From Pristiophorus japonicus (lineage: Eukaryota), in assembly GCF_044704955.1 (NCBI RefSeq), contig NC_091985.1, forward strand, positions 183,272,001 through 183,336,000: 64,000 nt of DNA, given 5' to 3'. Under the pieces are notes generated by a model. The model was not told the DNA's origin and did not search any database. It worked only from the letters and a program-made list of their open reading frames with translations. The translations under genes were made by a program, and so were the position numbers. Position 1 is the stretch's first letter; each line of letters begins with the position of its first letter. Positions 1 through 10,145 of the stretch are shown in pieces.

Positions 1-230
1 AACCAGACAGAACAGTCTGTGGTTGCAAACAGCAGGATGGCATGGATATTACACACAGGGATCATACAGGAAACGAAACTGATCCCGATAAACAATCGGC
101 ATGTGCCTCAATACCAGGTTGAGGATAACAAGCACTAGATCCGCCGCTGCCATGGCCACCAGGTAGCGAGTGACACATTTGGAGAGACCGAACTTTCCCC
201 GAGACAGGATCACAATCGTCACTACGTTCA
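1..230 (-). pseudogene. GPR139-like class A GPCR, exon 2 (TM1 end to TM3), frameshifted; runs off the window
   Basis: Polypyrimidine tract plus AG acceptor at 231-232 (minus). Translation (V)NVVTIVILSRGKFGLSKCVTRYLVAMAAADLVLVIL...; after a frameshift near 62 it continues IPVCNIHAILLFATTDCSVWF. The AMAxAD (TM2) and CN..A.TDCSVWF (TM3) patterns match elasmobranch GPR139-like receptors as I recall them. Confidence 0.8.
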
Positions 231-1509
231 CTGTGAGGAAGAGGAATAAGCAGATAAATTATACATCAGACTGGGAGCAAGAGTAGCAGTTTGATGGAAT
301 TTGGGGTGAAATCTGCACGTCATTAAATGATATAATCTAATTCGATTACCCGTGGAGCAGAATGCAGGGTTTAGTGCCCGAATAATTGGGAATACATTGT
401 GAAATCAATAAATGAAATGGTGATAAATACAACAGAAAGTAACAGATGGTTGATCAATGAGAGATTAAATGATAGATCTCGCTTTAACCCAGCAGACCAA
501 AGACCACCCGAGGTACCAGTGACAAAAAGGACCAGAACCTCTCAGGAAGCCGTCGTGTCCCGGGATCAGTCAGCATTCAGAGCTGTGCAATTCGCTTCTG
601 TGCCATTATGTTAGGGAGGATGTCAACCCGCTTGGATTCGTGCTCCTGTTTAGAATATCCAATCTATTTAGAACTGAAAATGAATGCAACAGCAAAATAC
701 ATAAACTGCAACTTTGCCATGTGATGAATACAGAAATTGTATTTAAAGTGTACGGATGTAATATGCAACTGCTAAGGTAACAAATACAAGTTAACTGTAG
801 TTATAAGTATAACTTGTCTATAAGATGTGTGTTAAAGGCTGAGTTTTCTGCCGTTTTTATTGAAATACACAAATTGCAGCTCATTGAAAGGACGTTATTA
901 CAAATAAAATTGCAAGGAATAGACACTGAATTAAAATAAGTAGTCATGATTGACCAGGTGATGTCCCACTAAATGCATATATTAGCATCGAAACCAGGCG
1001 AATTACCCCACAGGCAAAGAGCCGCCGAATGTGTTAGTAAATTATATGAAAACAAATGGAAGGGAAATATCCTCATACTTTTTCACCTGTTGGTTTCCAT
1101 TTGTGTAGAAAATATTACACGAGAAAATATGAAAGGATTTTCTTATTCTCACTTATTCAGTTACAATCAGCTGGGATTTTTTATCCTGAAATACAGCAGG
1201 AGGCCATAGAGAATGCCACTCTGAACTTTGCCAGGCGGACATGGGATCCAATTGTAAATTCAAAACAAAGATGGGAAATAAATGTATTGAAATCTGACAA
1301 AATGAACATTTGGTTAGAATAAAATGATCCTTGTAATCCTGTTCCAACAATCAGAAGCAATGTGACTAATGCAGAACTGGAGATGGTGATAAAGGAGACA
1401 CTGAGTGGAACTGAATGATGAGCGGTTATTTCTGACATGTGAAGATGTGTTATAAACTGCTAGGAATTGATCCTGTGACTTTGTGAATGTAACCATGCTG
1501 AGCGTTAGG

Positions 1510-1660
1510 CGAAAACAACAGCAACATAGTGCAGGTGCTGGAAATTTGAAATGGAAACAGAAAATGTTGGAAATACTCAGCATGTCAGGCAGAAACTTTG
1601 GAGAGAGAAACAGAGTTAACATTTCAGGTCGATGCCCTTTCGCCATCAGGTGAAAAATAT
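1510..1660 (-). mobile_element. Penelope-like element terminal fragment with degenerate hammerhead core
   Basis: Minus strand reads CTGATGG...AAGGGCATCGACCT-GAAA then GTTAACTCTGTTTCTCTCTCCA...GCTGAGTATTTCCAACATTTTCT; related sequence recurs at 34495-34592 and 42690-42790. Confidence 0.55.
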
Positions 1661-1759
1661 CCTAAAGCAGTACAAAATTCTCTTGGTCTGTTCTAAATGA
1701 TCCGTGGAAATAGCAGAATGAAATTCGATTGTGCATTAAGAAATTTTGTTGTTGTTGCA

Positions 1760-2015
1760 AATTATGCATTAATTCTTTAAGCGCAACCATTGCTGGTCCA
1801 CCGTCATACCTTTTAATGTAGTTTCAAATCTACCTTAGCCAAGTCTCCCCTCATACGTACATAGTTTCCTTTTTTTAGATTTAAGATCCTAGTTTCGGAC
1901 TTAACTAAGTCAATTTCAAACTTAATATAAAATTCTATTATATTATGATCACTCTTCTCAAAAGACCATTTTTTTACATGGTTATTAAGTAAACTTTTCT
2001 CGTTGCACAATACTA
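1760..2015 (-). mobile_element. CR1 LINE fragment (end of endonuclease domain)
   Basis: ORF 1813-2010 contains KSDHNIIEF...ETRILNLKKGNY, matching the SDH region of the longer CR1 copies in this window. Confidence 0.8.
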
Positions 2016-2017
2016 AG

Positions 2018-3400
2018 GATAGACCGACTAATTACAGGTCAGTCAGCTTAACCTCAGTGGTGGGAAATTTATTGAAAAACATCCTGAAGGAGGGGTTAAA
2101 CATTTACTTATAAAGACAAGGATTAATCAAGGACAGTCAGCACGGATTTGTTAAAGGAAGATCGTGCCTGACTAATCTGATTGCGTTTTTCAATGAGTTA
2201 AGCAGGAGGGTCGATGAGGGTAAAGCGTATAATGTAATGTATATGGATTCGAGCAAAGCTTTTGATAAGGTCCCATATGGAAGACTTGTCACAAAAATAA
2301 AAGCCATGGAATCCGGGGCAATGTGGCAAGTTGGATCCAAAATTGGCTCAGAGGCAAGAAGCAAAGAGTAATGGTTGATGGGCGTTTTTGTGACTGGAAG
2401 GATGTTTCCAGTGGGTTTCCGCATGGCTCAGAACTCGATCCCTTGCTTTTTGTGATCAACATCAATGATCTAGACTTGAATGTAGGGGGTATGTTTAAGA
2501 AGTTTGCAGATGACACTAAAATCGGCTGTGTGGTTGATAATGAAGAAGAAAGCTGCGGAATGCAGGAAGATATCAAACATCTGCTAAGGTGGGCAGAACA
2601 GTGGCGAATGGAATTTAATACAGAGAAATGTAAGGGAATGCATTTTGGGAGGCCTAACAAGGAAAGGGAATGCACATTAAATGGCAGGATAATGAGAAAT
2701 GTAGAAAAACAAAGGGACCTTGGAGTGCATGTCCACAGATCCCTGAAAGTAGCAGGCCATGTAGATAAGATGATTATAAGGCATGTGGAATGCTTGCCTT
2801 TATTAGCCGAGGCATAGAATACAAGAGCAGGGAATTATTCTTGGACTGTACAAAACATTGGTTAGGCCACAACTGGAGTACTGCGTGCAGTTCTGTTCAC
2901 CACCTTACAGGGAGCACGTGATTGTACTGGCGAGGGTTCAGAGGAGATTTACAAGGATGTTGCCGGGAGTGGAGAATCTAAGCTATGAGGAGAGATTGGA
3001 TAGGATGGATTTTTTTCATTGAAACAGAGGAGGCTGAGTGGAGACCGCATTGAGGTCTGTACAATTATGAGGGGCCCGCCAACACTCTAGTGAATATATT
3101 TCACTCACATCCTCTCTAAACCTTCTACCAATGACTTTAAATTTATACCCCCTGGTTGTTGACACCCTCTACTAAGGGAGGGCGGGGGTATCCCGAACTT
3201 ACTGACTGAAAGGGTGGTAGAGGCAGATACACTCACCATATTTATAAAGTACTTGGATGTGCTTTTGGATGTGCGCCCAAAGTGCCGTAACCTACACGAT
3301 TGGACCTAGAACTGGAAAGTGCAATTAAGCTCGATAGCCTCTTTTTGGTCGGCATGGAATGATAGTCCGAAATGGAGTCCTCCCATGCTCTATGATTATA
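2018..3400 (+). mobile_element. CR1 LINE 3' half (RT domain to tail) with an internal micro-inversion
   Basis: NYRSVSLTS, QHGF, KAFDKVP, KFADDTK, QRDLGV motifs; TCTATG-type tail near 3390; segment about 3075-3178 is reversed. Confidence 0.9.
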
Positions 3401-3734
3401 TCTGAAATAGCCTGTTCTCTAGTTCGTTCCATAAATTACTGATCCAGAACGTCATGATCAATAAAATTATGAGGGAGAGGACTCAGAAAAGAGTAAATTT
3501 AAAATCAGCAAGAGAAATGTCAAGGCTCTGGAGCACAGCAGAATTTGGGGTAAATTTACGCAGAGTAGTTCAGGAAGGGACAAAGACAGTAATAAAGGTA
3601 ATAGGGCATATCTGTCTAAGATGACAGCAGGAAAATATAGAAAAAAGACAAAACCTAAAGGCACTGTATCTGATTGTGCGAAGCATTCGCAACAAAATAG
3701 ATGAATTAATAGCGGATATTTAAATTACTGAAAA

Positions 3735-5295
3735 TGTGGTTTCCCTAGTCTATATGTAGGTTAAAGTCCCCCATGATTACTGTAGTACCATTGTTATATG
3801 CACCTCTAATTTCCTGATTTATACTCTGCCCCCCATTAACACTATTGTTTGAGGGCCTATAAAAAAAACTCCACCAATGTTGTCTGCCCCAGCTGTTTCT
3901 TACCTCCACCAAAACTTATTCTACTTTTTGATTTTCCGAGCTAAGAAAGATTCTTTCTCTCTACTGTCTTTATCATATCCTTTATTATCAGGTCCACCCC
4001 TACTCCTTTTCCATTAAGCCGATCTCGTCTAAATGTTAAGTATCCTACTATATTTAGTTCCCAACCTTGGCCATTTTGCAACCACGTCTCTCTAATGGCT
4101 ATAGATCAAACCTATTAATTTATATATTTTCCAATAATTCATCGATATTGTTGCGAATGCTTCGCACCTTTAGGTTTTGTCTTTTTTGTATATTTCCATG
4201 CTGTCATCTGAGTCAGATAGAATATGTCCTCATACCTTTGGTACTCTTTTTATCCCTTGCTGAACTACTCTGGTTAATTTTACCCTAAACTCTACTCTGC
4301 TCTAGAGCCTTGGCATTTCTCTTGCTGCTTTTAAATCTACTCTTTTCTGAGTCCTCCCCCTTCTTTAGTTTAAAGTCCTGCCATCTGCCTTAGTTATTCG
4401 ATTCGCCAGGGCACTGGCTCCAGCCCGGTTCAAGTGGAGCCCATCTCCTTCTCCGGTACTGGTGCCAGGGCCACATGTAGCAAAACCCCTGTCTCCCACA
4501 CTTCTCTTTGAGCCACACATTTAACTTTCTAATCTGCTTATCACTATACCAATTGGTGCGTGGCTCAGGTAACCATCCTAGATTATTAACTTTGAGGTTC
4601 TACTCTTTAATTTGGACCCCAGCTCCTCAAACTCTTTCAGCAGAACCTCATTCCAAGTTCTACCTGTCGTTGTTTCCTACATGAACCACGATAACTGGAT
4701 ACTCCCCTACCCATTGCATGTTCTTCTCCAGCCACGAGGCGACGTCTTTAACCCTGGCAAAGAACATGACCTTCAAAACTACCAGTCACGACTGCAGAGA
4801 AGAGTACTGATTATACTATCCCCTCCCGCAATTACATTCCCTTTCAATCCACCCATTTGAATGACGTCCTACATCATGGTGCCATGGTCAACCTGTTCAT
4901 CCATCGTGCAGGCATTTCCCTCATCTACACAGGCAGCAAAAACCGCGTACCTGTTGAATAAGGGCAAAGGTAAAGGCTCCTCCAACTCTGCACATGTGGT
5001 TCCCTTATCTGCCTGATTTTTAGCAACAGCCTCCTGCCCGTGACCACTAACCGTACCTGCACCACTACCTAACCAAAGGGATGTGCCAGCCTCCTGGAAC
5101 AAAGTATCCAGGTAACTCACCTCCTTCCTGATGCCCCGCAATGTCTCCACCTCAGACTCCAGCTCAGCAACTCTGGGCTAAAGATCATCAAGATGCAGGC
5201 ACAGAGTGCAAACGTGGCTGTCCGGGATCACAATGCTTGCTGGAAACTCCCAAATGTTGCAGTTCCGGCACACCACCTACATTGCCATCTCTACA
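3735..5295 (-). mobile_element. CR1 LINE 5' part: ORF1 remnant plus start of endonuclease
   Basis: Minus strand has CRNCNIWEF (CxxC), heptad-like VAELESEVETLRGIR..YLDTLFQEA, PLPLFNRY, then an endonuclease segment ending VIMGDFNLH near 3750-3785. Confidence 0.7.
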
Positions 5296-6250
5296 TGGCC
5301 TTGTTCTATTTAATTAAATGTAATTAAATTGGTATTTAAGTAACTTAATTTAAAGTTTAGTTCACTGACTTCTTAATTTCTCTGTATAAAGTAACGGGTA
5401 ATGAAATTAAATATCTGCCTGTAAGACAAAGCCCTACAAACACTGTGGGCAAAAAGTTGCACCTCATCCTCGTCTCCAACTCCCCACTCTTTTCAAATTT
5501 CCAAGTAAACCACTCTTTAATTCCACTCTGTGCAGACCAGCCTTGTAATATCAGCCTTACTAGCAATGCCCATATCCTGAGGACAAACATATATAAATAA
5601 CAAAATGGGAATAAAAGCAATGATTTTGTAATTCATTGGTTGAAACCAGGCGAAGCCTGTAATCAGAGTGGATGGCATGCTCTGCTAAAAAAATTGTTAA
5701 CACAACTTGACTCACCAATTCTATGATTGATACTGCTCATAACTTGCCAGATTTTTCTTTCCCTTCAAGATGCGTTTGATAAATACCACACAATGCCAAA
5801 ATTGATGCGCATACGATTACATGGGCAGTGACGACATGGTTCAGAAATTGGCTAAGAGACTGAAAGCAGAGAGCAGTGGCAAACGGTTCTTTTTCAGACA
5901 AGAGGGACGTATGCAGTGGTGTTCCGCAGGAGTCGCTGTTCGGACCACTGCCCTTTTGGTATATATTAAAACTATGGAATTGGATGTAAAGGCATAATTT
6001 CAAAGTTCTTGAAGGCACGAAACTCGGAAATGTTACTAAATAATGAGAAGTATACAGTTTAATTCATAATGTAATACATTTTGGTAGAATTATGGGCAGA
6101 GGCAATATGAATTAAAGGGTATCAATTCAAAGCGGATGCACGATCAGAGAGACCTGCGGTGTACTTATACAAATCTTTCAACTTGGCAGAACAAGTTGCG
6201 ACGGTTATTACTAAAGCATACACAGTCCTTGGCTTTCCAAACAGAAACAT

Positions 6251-6916
6251 CGGCCCTGAATTCACGGTGCCTCCGGGCTCCCGCGGGACAATGCAATTCC
6301 AGGTTTAGGTCTGTGATCAGTCAATAATCCTCTGACAGATAGCACACATCTGGAAGTAAAGCATTTCCGCGAGTGGTAATTTGGGCTATTTGTCCAACTT
6401 CTGCGCAGCAAATGCCCGTGAAATTCTTCGACTGATAAAAACAGGCAAAAAGCAGGCTTTTATTAGCATGAGAAAAATTAAAGACAGAAGAAGACATTTT
6501 TAAATAATACAAACATTTAAAATCTGGTTGAATAAGGTAAGTTTATTTATATGCTCTTTAACATATATACATTTATTTTCAATTGAAAGAAAACGTAATT
6601 AAATAATTAAATAAATTCAATTTTGATGAATTTTACATACGTGTTTTCTAAAAAATTAATATTTGAAGTGTGTTTTGGGGATATCCCCTTTCATATTAGG
6701 GTGACATACGGAACTTACCACAAATATGACAGGGACTACCCTACTTTGATTGGTTATACCAGGACATATATGAAGCACATACCTTCCTGGAATATGTCGG
6801 CCTCTACATAGGCCTTCAGGTAGAACCCCAGGACCGAAGGTTTCCGAACCACCCAGACCACCAGGAAAGTTACTGCAATTTTTTTAGATCGGAGGTCACC
6901 GCAATTTTGGGTCGAA
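6251..6916. mobile_element. Old MITE-like element
   Basis: Imperfect inverted ends CGGCCCTGAATTCACGGT / ACCGCAATTTTGGGTCG around an AT-rich non-coding interior, interrupting CR1 sequence. Confidence 0.35.
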
Positions 6917-6939
6917 AGAGTAACAAAACCCAGGAAGAA

Positions 6940-7450
6940 ATGCTAACGTTTTCTAAATCATTGGTCAAGGTCCAGTGGGAATACTGTGTCCAATTCTGAG
7001 CACCACACTATTGCAAGGTAGTCAACGATTAGAGAAGATGCAGAGGAGGTTGATTAAAATGGTACCAGGGATCTGAGACTACAGTTCCTTGGAGAGACTG
7101 GAGAAGCTGTGTTTGTACTCCTTAGAGCAGTGAATGTTAAGGGGAGATTTACCAGAATGGTACCAGGGATGAAGGACTTCAGTGACCTGGGGAGACTGGA
7201 AAATCTGGGATTTTTATCTTTCGAGCAGAGAAAGTTAATGAGACATTGACCAGAATGGTGCCAGGGATGAGCGATTTCAGTTAAGTGGAGAGAGTGGAGA
7301 AGCCGGGGTTGTTCTCCTCAGAGCAGAGAAAGTTAATGGAACATTGACCAAATTGGTACCAGGGATGAGCGACTTCAGTTAAGTGGAGAGAGTGGAGAAG
7401 CTGGGTTTGTGCAATTCGGAGAAGTGACAGTTAAGTGGAGATTTAATATA
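6940..7450 (+). repeat. CR1 3' fragment with about 4 tandem copies of a roughly 100-bp internal segment
   Basis: Recurring ...AATGGTACCAGGGATGA...GGAGAGACTGGAGAAGCTG...GAGCAGAGAAAGTTAA blocks near 7058, 7156, 7254, 7352. Confidence 0.75.
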
Positions 7451-8268
7451 GATGTTTAACCTCAGATAGTTACAATCTATAGATGACGGGACTGAGTTTG
7501 CCAACGATACTAAGCAAGTGGGAATGTAAGCAGTGAAGAGGGCACAACGAGCCTTTAAAGGGTTATTGACTGATCAAATGAGTTTACAGCTGGAGTATAA
7601 TGTTCGGAAATATAATTCACTTTGGGAGGAAGAATAAATAAACAGAATATTTTTAAATTATAAGAAACGATTAAGTGCTGGTGTTCAGAAAGATTTAGCG
7701 ATACTTGTACAGAAAACACAGAGGGGATGAAATGAGTGAATTTAGGGTGGCAATTTTTATTATTGGAGAAATCTTAGAACCCGGATAGATGGATTTTCAA
7801 ATTGTGGCATATAGGGAGTTTTCACCACAGGAGTGAGGGTGGGGATCGGTAAATGAGGCACTAATGGCCTCAGCTTGGCATTTCCAGGGTGCAGCCATGT
7901 GACTCCAGCTCCAGACCTGCGCACATCCTGACGTGCACGCAATGCAACGCGCAGTCAAGAGAGGCTTCCAGACCAAGATCTCGTGTGGTGGCACCAGCTT
8001 CAGGTAGGTGGGCATCATTTTTCTAAAATCTATTCGAACGCCTGCTGGAAGCCGGGATTTCAGGGCCGCTCTTTTTTTTTACCCTTTGCTGTTCTTTGCA
8101 TCTTTCACATTCACCATTTTTGTATACCTTTTCCTATAGTTTTATGCTGCTCTCCATCGCTTTAGTCATACATGGCTGTTTTATTTTTGACGTGTGAAGC
8201 TCTTGACCCTAAGGTGTATTAACTGGTTCTATATCACTTTAAATACAGTTTGAAAACCTCCCAGATCT

Positions 8269-8540
8269 AATAGCTGGATATAGAGAATTACTGCAGAAAC
8301 CAATAGCAAAAAGAAAAGAGTAGATTACAAGAAGATTTACACAGTTACAGTTTGTAGAGTTAATAGCTGGCTATAAAGACTTACGTGGAACACCTAAGCA
8401 GAAAGTAAGGCAGAGTAAATGACAAGAACAGTAATAGAGTAAAGCATGATTTACAGAATTAATAGCTGGATACAGAGACTTACCAGGGATACCAAGAGCA
8501 GCAAGGAGAGGATAGTAAATGTATTGAATAATCAAAAGTG
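8269..8540 (-). repeat. Three diverged tandem copies (about 95 bp) of the GPCR exon-1 3' end and donor site
   Basis: TAATAGCTGG(A/C)TA..AGA.TTAC starts at about 8269, 8361 and 8460; the 8361 copy still reads LGVP followed by GTAAGT on the minus strand. Confidence 0.7.
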
Positions 8541-8735
8541 CAACCCGTATTCGCTCTTCTAATGATAGTACATTGAAATATACAGAAAATGAGTCAATAT
8601 CCGAGATGAAACTTCAATCCATTGTTGTAACATTCCATTCCACTGTTTTCAGATTCTGATCCATTGTTGTAGCATTCCAATCCATTTTTCTCTAATTCCA
8701 ATCCATTGTTGTAGCCTTCCAGTTCACTCTTCTCA
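8484..8735 (-). pseudogene. GPR139-like GPCR exon 1 (repetitive N-terminus plus TM1 start) with in-frame stops
   Basis: Reads ...MDWN*RKMDWNATTMDQNLKTVEWNVTTMD*SFISDIDSFSVYFNVLSLEERIRVALLIIQYIYYPLLAALGIP, then G|GTAAGT (donor 8482-8483). The phase-1 G joins TG of exon 2 to give GIP-V-NVVTIVIL. TGA at 8614-8616. Confidence 0.8.
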
Positions 8736-8878
8736 GATTCCGACTGACTCTCTGTTAACAGCGCACTGACCCCTGTTAACGCCAGAGGTGATGCTCTCAC
8801 TGACACAATGGGATAACACATTGAAATTAATCCCTTATTAATAGAAGAGGGAAACCCTGCACTGATACAATTAGGGTC

Positions 8879-8980
8879 CATGGAGACTGACATTAATTAC
8901 AGTCACTGAACAAACAGGTTCAGTTAACCCATGGAGACTGACATTAAATACAGTCCCTGGAGAAACAGCTTCAGTTAACC
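8879..8980. repeat. About 50-bp tandem duplication upstream of GPCR exon 1
   Basis: CCATGGAGACTGACATTAA.TACAGTC.CTG...AAACAG.TTCAGTTAAC occurs twice. Confidence 0.7.
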
Positions 8981-9169
8981 CCTTTCAATCCATGACTTGT
9001 TGTACCACAGTAAAGTAGAACATTTACCCGGTCCGTATGGGATGAATGAGGGTTGTTGAGTGAAGAAATGGTGGAAATAGCTTAGGCTCAGGCCAGAATC
9101 TTTCAATCTTCCTTGGATATGGGAGTGAAGCCAGAGGTCTGGAGGGTTGCAAATGTTACAGCCTGTTTT

Positions 9170-9950
9170 CAAATGGAGAGAATTATAAACTCTAATTACA
9201 GGCCAGTCAGCCTAAAGTCGGTGGTGGGGAAAAATCAACAGGCCATAGTCCAGAGACAAAATTATGTGTCACTTGGAAAAACATGAATTAATAAATTACA
9301 ACCAGAAGAGATATTTTAAAGTCAACGTGTGTCTGGCAAACTTGATTGAGTTATTTGATGAAGTAACGGAGAGGGTTGACGAGTCTAGTGCGGATGATGT
9401 GTATCTGGACTTTCAAAAGGCGTCTGATAAAGTACGGCTTAACACAGTTGGTAGGAGAACAGATAAATCTTGGGATGAATGGGGCAGTGACTGTGTGAAT
9501 ACAACATTGGCTAAATGACTGACATCAGAGAGCAGTGATGAACAGTTGTTTTTCACGTGGAAGGGAGGCATACCGTGGTGTCACCCACCCCAGGGTTCGA
9601 TATTAGGTCCAGTGGCCATTTTAATCGAGATTAATGGTCTGGACATAAGTCTAAAAACATAATTTCAAAGTTTGCAGATGAAACAAAACTCAGAAATATA
9701 GTAAGCAGCGAGGAGAGCAGCAGAATTCAGGAGCAAATAGACAGCCTGGTGAAGTGTGTAGAAATGTGGCAAATAAAATTTAACAAGTGCGAAGTGATAC
9801 ATTTTGGGAGAATAAATGAGGAGAGGCAATATAAACGGAATGGCACAATTTTAAATGGGGTGCAGGTACAGAGGGACCTGGGTGTTTTCTAATCTTTGAA
9901 GGCCAAGTGATAAGATTCTAAAAAGCAAATGCAGGATCTTTGACTGTAAA
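9170..9950 (+). mobile_element. Degraded CR1 LINE RT fragment
   Basis: YRPVSL, CLANLIELF, YLDFQKASDKV, KFADETKL, QRDLGV motifs. Confidence 0.85.
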
Positions 9951-9957
9951 AATCACT

Positions 9958-10145
9958 GGGTACGGTAGTATAGTGCTTATGTTACTAAAGCAGTAACCCC
10001 AAAGGCTCAGACTAATGTTCCAGAGACATGAGTTCTATCCCACCATGGCAGCTGTGGAATTTAAATTCAATGAAATAAACCTGAAATAAAAAGATAGTAT
10101 CATTAAGGGTGAGCATTTAACTATCAGATTGTCGTAAAATCCCAT
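9958..10145 (+). mobile_element. tRNA-derived SINE fragment (DeuSINE/SacSINE1-like)
   Basis: tRNA-like head ending ...TCCCACCATGGCAGCTGTGGAATTTAAATTC; homologous to the longer minus-strand copy at 34045-34630. Confidence 0.55.

Noticed and set aside
8594-8893. 99-aa ORF with (LECYNNG)n repeats
   Set aside because: Alternative frame of the GPCR exon-1 repeat; the frame reaching YYPLLAALGIP is the meaningful one.
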